Shown here in pieces: positions 42,201 to 50,163 of a stretch of 64,000 bases of DNA. The notes under the pieces are model-generated. The model was not told the origin of the DNA. It did no database searches and was given only the letters and a program-made list of their open reading frames with translations. Every line of letters begins with the position of its first letter. Position 1 is the first letter of the stretch. The DNA is taken from IMG/VR virus record IMGVR_UViG_3300032092_000025, positions 5,473 through 69,472 of that record; one strand, given 5' to 3'. Source of the DNA: a virus. Position numbers and translations under genes: made by a program.

Positions 42201-43876
42201 CCAAGAAATGCCTTTTCATCCCAATTTGCGTTGGATGAATCATTAAAGGTTAATCCATATGGTGGAAACCACATAATTCTACCTCCGTTAGGACCTTTTT
42301 CACATTCGGCTAAATCCTCATATGTATATCCTTTTCTGGCTCCTGACCTCCATGCTAAGTTCTCTAAAGAGAACATATATTTTTTTACAGAACCTCCTGA
42401 TACGTTTGTTGAATTTTCCCCTTTTAATGGGGCGATATTTAAATTATAAGTGTTATCTAAAATTGTATTTTGGAATCTTCTTCCATATCCTGAAATACCT
42501 TCAGGTTTTTGTAATCTATCATACGTACTATACGTATCGGCTTTTGTGAAGACTCTACAATACTCCTCACCTAATCTCTGTTCAAAAAGAGGGTCTTTAT
42601 AAGTTACAACTTGAGAACCTTTAGTTATTTGTTTGTATCCATCGTTGAAAATCTTACTTACTTGATTAATTGCGTTACCAACGTGTTTAAATCTTTGTTC
42701 TCCTTGTAGTCTATCCGCAGATTCAATTAATCTCTGTGTATCATCTAATATGGAACCAGGTTTAAATGGTATTGCGGTTGAATAGAACTTACTTTGTCCT
42801 GCCTTGTACTTCGGTGAAACCCATATAAAATTACTTTCTAAATTTCCTTGGTCAATTACCGCACCTGATTGAAGACCGAAATTTATCCTGCCTATGTTTC
42901 CTTCATAGTCCTTAGCCAATACATCGGGTCCGTAAACAGGTGCTTGGGTATCTCTACCATAGGCATCGATTGGTACCGCATTGATTGGCGAAGTTGCATA
43001 ACTTGGTTCAGAAGTTATTGAACCTACATAATAAGCCCCTGGTAATTGTAATCCAAAATTATCTAATAGATTATTAATACCTGTTGTCAATACATTTCCT
43101 AATAATCCCCCTGCAATTGAATTACCATAAGCGGGTCTATAAATGTTATACGATAGATTGGAAAATAAAATACCCTTTTGACCTTCATTAGTGTTCTCTA
43201 AAAATATTTGAGATGGATTTATTTGTCTTGTAAGACTTCCATTAAATAACCCTCCTACAGTTGTGCTTCTTCCCGCAATCTGATTTATGGCTTCGCCTAA
43301 CGTATCCGTAGCCCTTCCATTTAAACCATCTAAAAAGTAATCACCTGGTATTGGTGAGACAGGTTGATATGCCCCCTCTAATTTACTTTCAAAAGTATCA
43401 TTTGTATTGGGTGTAGTTATTTTGAAACTAACTGAATTTTGACTACTTATATTATTTTCTAGATATACGGCATTTGTTTCTAATAATAAATCTTTTAGAA
43501 CTTGTACACCAATTTTTGCCAAATATGAATCTTCAACAATAGAACCCGGAGTTCCTTGTATGTTAGTATTTTTTAATATGTTATAGGCGGTATAAGTAGA
43601 TGCAACTATTTTAGCCCCAGGATTATCGTTTCTGATAACGGGAGCCCCTGAACCATCTTCAGGAAATAGAATTTCAGGACTTGATAAGTCAGGTAATGTT
43701 TGTTCGTAAGTTATACTACCTTGAGCCTCAGAATTAATTCCATTAATATTATATGGTTTTAAATTCAATAAAACTAGATTTTCTCTAAATGTTTGAGAAG
43801 GAGCATATGATAAAAAACTACCGTTTGATGGGATATTTACATCATCAGGATTTACATTAACGGGCGTTGTTGGCAT
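39248..43876 (-). CDS. Tail tube initiator-like protein (gpU/gp48/gp54-type) with an inserted OmpA-like domain
   Basis: WFPPYGLTFNDSSNANW...LGRPEPIYTYKNTSR and PPVLVLRVGDFY...VQLSFDFIG flank FYFDN...YNLNLSKRRIDSV; directly downstream of the tape measure. Confidence 0.6.
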   Translation of the reverse strand: MPTTPVNVNPDDVNIPSNGSFLSYAPSQTFRENLVLLNLKPYNINGINSEAQGSITYEQTLPDLSSPEILFPEDGSGAPVIRNDNPGAKIVASTYTAYNILKNTNIQGTPGSIVEDSYLAKIGVQVLKDLLLETNAVYLENNISSQNSVSFKITTPNTNDTFESKLEGAYQPVSPIPGDYFLDGLNGRATDTLGEAINQIAGRSTTVGGLFNGSLTRQINPSQIFLENTNEGQKGILFSNLSYNIYRPAYGNSIAGGLLGNVLTTGINNLLDNFGLQLPGAYYVGSITSEPSYATSPINAVPIDAYGRDTQAPVYGPDVLAKDYEGNIGRINFGLQSGAVIDQGNLESNFIWVSPKYKAGQSKFYSTAIPFKPGSILDDTQRLIESADRLQGEQRFKHVGNAINQVSKIFNDGYKQITKGSQVVTYKDPLFEQRLGEEYCRVFTKADTYSTYDRLQKPEGISGYGRRFQNTILDNTYNLNIAPLKGENSTNVSGGSVKKYMFSLENLAWRSGARKGYTYEDLAECEKGPNGGRIMWFPPYGLTFNDSSNANWDEKAFLGRPEPIYTYKNTSRNGSLSWKIVVDHPSVLNILVNKVLANETPINANKMLESFFAGCQKYDLYDLASKYGTVNRTALQEIQKILTTSPAEYENIVETITIQPNKPEQLNPKTDDADKQTANLNKYIGLGFYFDNNIPPPNQGETAAGPYDTYYDDYIKRKDTYLNKAKNNKEGVGNFFDQVIKYNFETINNEMAKDLYEILNEGNEVVIDMESSASASASDAYNLNLSKRRIDSVIQYFRNYSSGGDKDGISFSKYLDNRQLKINKDPQGETATNVSAKGLGDSYFEASTCTTNPTYESGLKAGQRMTDSDAIYTTDSMACRSVRFMKIEVIPVQVLPDPTDTNNNGNKTAEKARTEERVTGRKVTKEAKTTTTENIINRPGLSKRVLRDLLTECDYFEVLKNEDPFIYDELRKKLKVFSPSFHSITPEGLNSRLTFLNQCVRPGDTIPVIGEDGLPKYNDSVNTAFGSPPVLVLRVGDFYHTKIIPKNLQITYEQLYDMNPEGIGFQPMIANVQLSFDFIGGQGLARPVEDLQNALSFNYYANTEIYDERSVATEDVTKLDALIDEKKKINTEVKPSTPTNIQPNAVGKTIGNITSNILGKTSQTFSDVTETGILSYRELMKQIVDQSQTYFGSVISKLTSLSESYNYGIVRTITTKRKYIKGLVASADTTMLFGKCSETQQQMNKLIDDVKNDITLDYNTIIQFYLNKGFSSGGTVVTTIRTNMLNYVENMRQDFVNGIDIELEQLYNQELALISSLDKMNIIFSNIDGKVLDNGEVIVYNLSGDSQTDLKSDYDLMPGQYQDFLQFIYAEQILSEPDVSFEYSSDILQTEYEQRFFMLMSKIFLDKNNLEAFKKVLLPDGDVIGGNRITVPKKPEDVMNKILGLRFIDTIDFNIGQDSMHENFTKEQKEQNKKYNLKIRAAVKYNKYVNFFNPFNKLSNKRELDYMKSASPTDVQKQKFLDLASTLNTGDSNKFNGKKKFN

Positions 43877-43939
43877 TTTTCAGAGTGTTCTAAAAAATAA
43901 ATAGATTGAGTTTCGTTTTTTTAGTGGTTGATTGATAAA

Positions 43940-46900
43940 TTAACCGAAACCTGGAGGTATTACAGATTGGTTACCTGAAAGTTGTCCGTATGCACTTTGT
44001 TTATTTTTTATTTGACTAATAAATGCGTCTGTAAACTCACCACTATTAAGTTTTTTAGTAATTTCATCCGCAACTATTCTAGATGAGTCATTTTGAAGTC
44101 CTCTAACCTCAACAACTAAAGTTATTTCTCCACCAACATTAGTTGTAGATTCTGTCTTCATTGTTAATGGTGCAATTTCTGGGTTATTTCTTACCGCACT
44201 TTCAGGTAATTTAGATTCATTTATTTTTTGTAACCCATCTATAGTTACACCTGCCATATTTTTTTCAGGTGCAATCATAGGCGTTTCTTTAAAACTTTCT
44301 ATTTTTAATGGTTCTTGTTCTATTTTAATTTCTTTTAGTTCTTGTTTTTCAACAACTGTGGGTTCAAAATTTTTAACACCTGATATTTTATTTTCAACAG
44401 ATGTAAATGCATCACCAAACTTATCCATCATAGGTTGGATTAAGGTTGAGTAATTTTCGTCGGGAGTTGTATTTGATATAAATTTACTATAATCAATATT
44501 CATTTTATTTTCTTTGGTAGTTTCTTTCAAAGAATCTAAATTATCAGAAAATTTATCAGTTTGATTTGATATTGCACTAGCGATAGAATTAGTATCAAAT
44601 TCAGGTATTTTAGTTATTTCAGGTTTATTTTCAACAAACTCCGTTTCTTTTATAATTTCATTTGTTTTAGTTTCTTTGTTTTCAACTATTGTTGGTTCAG
44701 GATTCTTAATACTTAATGCTTTGTTTTCAACAGATGTTAATGTTCCACCGAACTTATCCATTAGTGGGGTAATTAATGTTATAAATTCATCATTAGATGA
44801 TGTTTTAGACGCAAATTTATTATCATCAATAACCATTTTATTTTCTTTGGTGGTTTCTTTCAAAGAATTTAGATTATCAACCAATTTTTCAGTATTAGTT
44901 TTAGAACTATCTACGATAGAAGCGATATCAATCTCAGGTGTTTTTGATATTTCTGATTTAATTTCAAAAGTTTCTGTTTCTTTTATGACTTCATTTGTCT
45001 TAGTTTCTTTATTTTCAACTACTGTTGGTTGTAAATTTTTAATGTCAGATACTTTGTTTTCAACAGATGTAAATGCATCACCGAACTTATCCATTAGTGG
45101 GGTAATTAATGTTATAAAATCCTCATTAGATGAAGTTTTAGATGCGAATTTATCGTAATCGATATTCATTTTATTTTCTTTGATAGTTTCTTTCAAAGAA
45201 TTTAAATCATCAGAAAATTTATCAGTTTGATTTGATATTACATTAGCGATAGAATTAACATCAAATTCAGGCATTTTAGGAATTTCAGATTTATTTTCAA
45301 CAAACTCTGTTTCTTTTATAATTTCATTTGTCTTAATTTCTTTGTTTTCAACAACTGTTGGTTCAAGATTTAAACCATTCTTTAATTCACTTACACTATT
45401 AGTTAATTTTTCATTGTTACTTGCAAGAGTATCATTTAATTCACTAAAATCGAATTTGGGTGTTTTTGGTGTCTCTGAATTAACTTCAACAAAATTATTT
45501 TCTTTTATAATTTCATTTGTTTTAATTTCTTTGTTTTCGAGTATTGTTGGTTCAGGTAATTTAACACCAATTATTTTTTCTTGGGCTAAAACAAATTCAT
45601 TTAATTTATTTACTATGGGTTCAAAAATTGAAGCGTAGTTTTCGTCTTCTTTTTCTTGTATTTGTAATTTGTCATAATCAATTACAAACTTTGACTCTTT
45701 TACCGTATCAATTAATAAATCTACTCTTTGAATTAACCTGTCAGTTTGTGCAATACCGTTATCAATAACGGGTGACATATTTAATTCTGGTGTTTCTTTT
45801 TGTTGTACTACTGCTGTCAACAATTCTTCAATAGTCGCATCAATACCTTTTTTATTTTCATCTTCCTTAATTTGTTCCGGTGTTTTTTCATTTGGAGTTG
45901 TGATTGTTTGAGAGTTCATAGAATTTTTGTACTGTTCCATAGTGGCATCTAAAGACTCGTGCCAATTTAAACTTGGTGCAGGTGTTGTGGATGTTGCCGT
46001 TGCCGTTGCGGCTGCCGCACCCGCATCTTTGACTTTAGATTTTGCAACTTCATCTGTAATATTTTTACCTAATTTCTTAACCGGGTCTATTATATCCATA
46101 AGACTTTCTTTTAGTTTGGGACCTATATTACTCACAACCCCACTTAATGCTTCTTTAAATTTCTCAGGGTCAAGGTCTTCACCGGGTTTAGGTATCGCAC
46201 CTTGTAATTTAAGAAATAATTGACTCGGTAATTCTTGTAATAAGTTTTGAGCCAACCCGTTAATCTCATCGGCCATTTCATCGTGAAAATCTTTTTTTGT
46301 TGTTTCGTCTTTTTTAAAGGCACCTTTTATTAATGGATTAGCAACATTTCTATCCATTTCTCTTCTAAATTCTTGACCCGCTTTTCCTCTAGCCAATCCA
46401 CCTCTTGGTGCAGAGGCGATGAATTCCATAGCCTTTAACATTTTTTGACTTACAGTCAATTGGTCTTTTGCAATTTCTTCTAAAGTTTTAGGTATCGCCT
46501 GTTGTTTTAAAAACGCAACATCATCAGGGTCTAATTCATTAACGAACTTTTGTTCTCCACTTTTTACTGTAACAGCAAACCCTGTTTTACCATCCTTTTC
46601 AGTAAATTGGGATAGGTTTGCAATCATTTCTCGGTCATCTTCCGAAATTGGTACTTTTAATGCCGGAAAAGATATTTTTTTCATCTTGTATTCCAATTCC
46701 CCTGACTTAATGGCCATTTTGGCCAACTCATCTTTGGACATTCCCATCGCAAGTGCTAACTCTCTTAATCTTCCTTGTTCACCTGGTAGTATACTAACTT
46801 TACCTGACGCCTCATCTATTTTTGTTAAACCTTTTGTTACATTGACAATTTGATTCATTAATTCATCAGGATTATTTTGACCCAAATCCATTATTTTAAG

Positions 46901-47635
46901 TGGGTCTAACAAATCTGATGATGCAACACCTAACCTTTGCATGCTAGCCGCGAGTTCTATTGCCTGTTCAGGGTCAAATGCCTTCTCCGCCATATTAAAG
47001 ACACTTTGCATGTTAACTCCTAATACTGCGGATTTAGCAACCATCTTTGACAATCCTTCAATACCTCCTTGAAAATTGTATATATTAAGGTTTTTTAGAT
47101 TGTCTGACACCCCTTTTGTTACGGCACCAACATTAACACCTAACTTTTGAGCGACTTTGGCCGCGGTTTCCATCTGTGTTGATACGTCGGTTAGTTGGAA
47201 CCCTGCATCTGTGAAATTCTGTGCTAAATCTTTTGTTGATACACCTGTCGCTTCTGCCGTAAGTTCTAAACTTTTAATTACGTCAGAAGATGCAACAACA
47301 TTTCTATTAGTAACGATAGAAATTTCTTTAACAATATCTCCTGCCCTCTTCATTGACGCCTCATACGTCATGGCGTTCTTTGAGAGTCCGAGAATACTCG
47401 TAGCGGATTTATTGATTTGGTTTTCCATTTCAATAACTCTATCCCCCGCAAATCCGAAAGTCTCTGCTAATTGTTCTCCGGATGCCTCAAGTTGAGCCAT
47501 CGGTCCGAGTATATTTGATACTCTAGCCGTTAATAAATTAAATTCATTTTGTAAACTAGTAGGGTTGTAAATACTGCCGGCATCAGGTGCTTTGTTCGCA
47601 TCTGGCGTCTTTGTCTCTCCTGCTTCTTGCATCAT
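43940..47635 (-). CDS. Tail tape measure protein
   Basis: Ala/Leu/Met-rich helical N-terminal half; position after tube and chaperone genes and before the initiator and hub genes. Confidence 0.75.
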   Translation of the reverse strand: MMQEAGETKTPDANKAPDAGSIYNPTSLQNEFNLLTARVSNILGPMAQLEASGEQLAETFGFAGDRVIEMENQINKSATSILGLSKNAMTYEASMKRAGDIVKEISIVTNRNVVASSDVIKSLELTAEATGVSTKDLAQNFTDAGFQLTDVSTQMETAAKVAQKLGVNVGAVTKGVSDNLKNLNIYNFQGGIEGLSKMVAKSAVLGVNMQSVFNMAEKAFDPEQAIELAASMQRLGVASSDLLDPLKIMDLGQNNPDELMNQIVNVTKGLTKIDEASGKVSILPGEQGRLRELALAMGMSKDELAKMAIKSGELEYKMKKISFPALKVPISEDDREMIANLSQFTEKDGKTGFAVTVKSGEQKFVNELDPDDVAFLKQQAIPKTLEEIAKDQLTVSQKMLKAMEFIASAPRGGLARGKAGQEFRREMDRNVANPLIKGAFKKDETTKKDFHDEMADEINGLAQNLLQELPSQLFLKLQGAIPKPGEDLDPEKFKEALSGVVSNIGPKLKESLMDIIDPVKKLGKNITDEVAKSKVKDAGAAAATATATSTTPAPSLNWHESLDATMEQYKNSMNSQTITTPNEKTPEQIKEDENKKGIDATIEELLTAVVQQKETPELNMSPVIDNGIAQTDRLIQRVDLLIDTVKESKFVIDYDKLQIQEKEDENYASIFEPIVNKLNEFVLAQEKIIGVKLPEPTILENKEIKTNEIIKENNFVEVNSETPKTPKFDFSELNDTLASNNEKLTNSVSELKNGLNLEPTVVENKEIKTNEIIKETEFVENKSEIPKMPEFDVNSIANVISNQTDKFSDDLNSLKETIKENKMNIDYDKFASKTSSNEDFITLITPLMDKFGDAFTSVENKVSDIKNLQPTVVENKETKTNEVIKETETFEIKSEISKTPEIDIASIVDSSKTNTEKLVDNLNSLKETTKENKMVIDDNKFASKTSSNDEFITLITPLMDKFGGTLTSVENKALSIKNPEPTIVENKETKTNEIIKETEFVENKPEITKIPEFDTNSIASAISNQTDKFSDNLDSLKETTKENKMNIDYSKFISNTTPDENYSTLIQPMMDKFGDAFTSVENKISGVKNFEPTVVEKQELKEIKIEQEPLKIESFKETPMIAPEKNMAGVTIDGLQKINESKLPESAVRNNPEIAPLTMKTESTTNVGGEITLVVEVRGLQNDSSRIVADEITKKLNSGEFTDAFISQIKNKQSAYGQLSGNQSVIPPGFG
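44330..45560 (-). repeat. Tandem 333-bp (111-aa) repeats in the tape measure C-terminal half, about 3 units plus a partial unit
   Basis: cc(a/g)aacttatccat recurs at 44415, 44748 and 45081; gtttcttttat at 44643, 44976 and 45309; a partial copy lies near 45498. Confidence 0.92.
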
Positions 47636-47664
47636 AATATAATCTTTTTAGATAAATACAACCC

Positions 47665-47830
47665 CTATCTGTTTTTAGGTGTGTTATCCTCTACAATCTT
47701 ATCCAATAGATATCTTCTCATATAAGAAGGTAATATGAGAAAATCACTATATGATGTGTTAATGTACTTCGCTAAATAATAATATTGGTCTATTAAAGAC
47801 TTGGTGTAATCAGAAGAATGGCCGAAAAAA
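47665..47830 (-). CDS. Downstream tail-assembly-chaperone ORF (gpT / T4 gp51-like), probably reached by frameshift
   Basis: YYLAKYINTSYSDFLILPSYMRRYLL resembles C-terminal chaperone segments; overlaps the upstream ORF in the +1 frame and has no good start codon. Confidence 0.6.
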
Positions 47831-48568
47831 GTCCACCCCGAAGGTGATGTCAAATTCAACCTTTTCTCCTGACGGGGCTATTGCGACTCTTTTTAAATCT
47901 AAACTTGGTTCGTTTTCATTCAAGAAATTTCTGATGAACTTTGAATCCCCAATCGGTAACGTTTCTACTGTTTGAGAAATGAATCCTCTATCTTCGTTAT
48001 CGTTTAGTGCTATAATTTGTTTGTTTAATCTCCAAGATACTTTTGGTGCCACTCTACCTTGAGGGTATTCGTTGGTCATTCTTTCTATTTCCATAGTATC
48101 AAACATATTGAGTGGTTTTAACTTGGCAATCAATCCACTTTTAGGTAATGTGACTTCGAAGTAACCTTGTTCATTTGGTTTTTGTTCACATTTTTTAATA
48201 TTCAACTCATCTAACAATAATGTGTGATTGAACTTTTCTTTAGTTACTGGGTCTGTTAACGAAATATTATATTCGTGTCCAAACGATGTGTTTCTTAAGA
48301 AGATTAATATTGCTTCTATATCACCTGTTAATAATTCTTCAGGTCTTAAATCGGGTTCAAACAGTTTGTTTCTCAGTAATGATAATACCACACCGTCTTT
48401 CGCACTATTATTTAGTGAACCCAAGATGATATTTTCATCCGCAGCGGTAAGGTAACCTACTTTTACAGATTTCTTTTTTGATTTGTAAAAAATCCCACCT
48501 GTTGGTAACTGTACCATATCGTGAGGTAGGGAAAATGACTGTTGTCCGTATGATTGATAATCTTCCAT
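47810..48568 (-). CDS. Tail assembly chaperone / T4 gp26-like baseplate hub assembly protein
   Basis: VQLPTGGIFY, LTAADENI, GDIEAILIFLRNTSFG, TLPKSG, ending DFFRPFF; lies between tube and tape measure. Start placed at ATG 48568. Confidence 0.75.
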   Translation of the reverse strand: MEDYQSYGQQSFSLPHDMVQLPTGGIFYKSKKKSVKVGYLTAADENIILGSLNNSAKDGVVLSLLRNKLFEPDLRPEELLTGDIEAILIFLRNTSFGHEYNISLTDPVTKEKFNHTLLLDELNIKKCEQKPNEQGYFEVTLPKSGLIAKLKPLNMFDTMEIERMTNEYPQGRVAPKVSWRLNKQIIALNDNEDRGFISQTVETLPIGDSKFIRNFLNENEPSLDLKRVAIAPSGEKVEFDITFGVDFFRPFF

Positions 48569-48610
48569 AATTTGTTTTTGTTTCAAACATACGTCAGTTT
48601 AATTTAAAAT

Positions 48611-48639
48611 AAACAAAAAAAGTCCCATAAGGGACTTTT
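48611..48639 (-). terminator. Rho-independent terminator after the tail tube gene
   Basis: aaaagtccc-ataa-gggactttt hairpin followed by a T-run on the minus strand. Confidence 0.85.
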
Positions 48640-48659
48640 GATGTGAAATATTTGTTGTT

Positions 48660-49148
48660 TTAGTATACTAAAATACAACGGTCCATTCTTAAATTCGCCG
48701 AAATGTCAGCAATCGCATCAGAATTGTATGCCAAACTTCCGAAGTCAACACTTGATAAGAAGGTTCCTTGTAGAATCCATTTTTCCACAACAACACCTGT
48801 CGGGTCTAACATTTCCAAGTCAACATCTTTTTTATACCCTGCGGCATAACCCATACGTCCTGTTACAGATTCTGCACACAAACGTACCCATTCCATCAAG
48901 GCTTGTGAAGCGGATGGACCGATTGGGTCACGGAATTTAACACCGATTTCGTCCCAATTGAATCTACCTGCAACGTATGTTGAAGTATTTAGAAATTGAA
49001 TCTCGGTCGCAGCAATTTTTATTGATGGTCTTTTTGCACTTTCCACAAACCATTCGTTGATACCTAAACTTGATGGAAATCTCAAGATAAACCTATTCTG
49101 TCTTTTAGGTTCATACGGTATCGGCATTTTCATTAGTAAATCAGCCAT
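48660..49148 (-). CDS. Tail tube protein (gp19-like)
   Basis: EPKRQNRF, YVAGRFNWDEI..KFRD, MEWV, YKKDVDLEMLDPTG...KWILQG; 162 aa downstream of the sheath gene. Confidence 0.9.
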   Translation of the reverse strand: MADLLMKMPIPYEPKRQNRFILRFPSSLGINEWFVESAKRPSIKIAATEIQFLNTSTYVAGRFNWDEIGVKFRDPIGPSASQALMEWVRLCAESVTGRMGYAAGYKKDVDLEMLDPTGVVVEKWILQGTFLSSVDFGSLAYNSDAIADISANLRMDRCILVY

Positions 49149-49210
49149 TTTATTTAATTTTTTAGTTCAGTTTATTTTTTTATGATAAATATTATCAAGT
49201 TTATTTTTTT

Positions 49211-50059
49211 TTAATATTTTCTTTTAATTCCTCCCGCAGTTGAGTAGGTTTGTAGAATGTTATCAGGTTCATTTTCAAAATGTTTTTTCATAGTTTCTAC
49301 ATTTCTAATATCATCATCTGAAAAACCTAAAGTTGGTTCTGGTATAAAATTATTACTTACATCATTTTTTAAGAAAGCCTTTTTTCCAATTGTTTTTGAC
49401 ACTTCTTTTATATAAGACATAAATTCTTTCATCGCATTTATTTTTCCTTCTTCAGGACTAATTGATGAACCTTCACCATATGCTACAGGATAAAATCTAC
49501 ATAAATCAAGATACTCGTTTAGTATTTCCATTTTATCTTGGTTTCCTTCGAATCCTGCAATATCTCTATACTTTTCAAGATTTCTAATAAGTTCTGTGAA
49601 GGATATACCATCTCTGTTTGACAATATAAGATTATAACAAGCCTCTCTTAAAACAGATGGTGTATGACCTCTTGCGGTGATAATTGCGAATATTGAACCG
49701 TTATTAATCGCTTCAACGAAATCAGACCAAGCAGGACCAGTAGGTGCTGTCATTGAGTCTATTATAAATTTCTTATCTCCCGAAACTACGAAGTTTCTAA
49801 AAGCGTTATCCGCATAACCTACGATTGTATTACCATCATACTGAAAGTCTTCTTTACCTATCATAGTTCTATGATGTGCAAAATCTTCGGTTGACATTCC
49901 AACTTCTTCACCATCATCGGTTTTCAAGATAATTTTTGTCGGCATGTTCATAATATTATCATCCCAATCAAAAGCGTAATACTTCATGTCGGGAGTTCCA
50001 GCCTCCGTAATCCCTTCGGATACGGAAGCCGGTCTTTTATATATCCCTTTTTTAATCAT
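49211..50059 (-). CDS. HAD-superfamily phosphatase
   Basis: Motif I FDWDDNI, motif II ITARG, a conserved Lys (GKINA) and motif IV FSDDD. Confidence 0.75.
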   Translation of the reverse strand: MIKKGIYKRPASVSEGITEAGTPDMKYYAFDWDDNIMNMPTKIILKTDDGEEVGMSTEDFAHHRTMIGKEDFQYDGNTIVGYADNAFRNFVVSGDKKFIIDSMTAPTGPAWSDFVEAINNGSIFAIITARGHTPSVLREACYNLILSNRDGISFTELIRNLEKYRDIAGFEGNQDKMEILNEYLDLCRFYPVAYGEGSSISPEEGKINAMKEFMSYIKEVSKTIGKKAFLKNDVSNNFIPEPTLGFSDDDIRNVETMKKHFENEPDNILQTYSTAGGIKRKY

Positions 50060-50160
50060 TTTGACAATTTTTGAATCAATCTCTCTAATTGAGCCTCACT
50101 TATAACTATTTGTTTCGGTTTGGACTCTTTTATTTGAGTTGTATTTTTTTTATTGCTCAT
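50056..50160 (-). CDS. 34-aa peptide (not in the ORF track)
   Basis: MSNKKNTTQIKESKPKQIVISEAQLERLIQKLSK; starts 3 nt after the sheath stop and has an ATGA overlap with the HAD gene. Confidence 0.65.
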   Translation of the reverse strand: MSNKKNTTQIKESKPKQIVISEAQLERLIQKLSK

Positions 50161-50163
50161 ATA

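Noticed and set aside
44330-45560. Possible CRISPR array or DGR template/variable repeat
   Set aside because: Repeats are in-frame 333-bp coding units without unique spacers; differences are not evidently adenine-specific and no reverse transcriptase is present in the window.
50001-50030. Hairpin tccgta(a)tcc-cttc-gga-tacgga near the start of the HAD gene
   Set aside because: Lies within coding sequence with no adjacent T-run on the coding strand; cannot be distinguished from chance.
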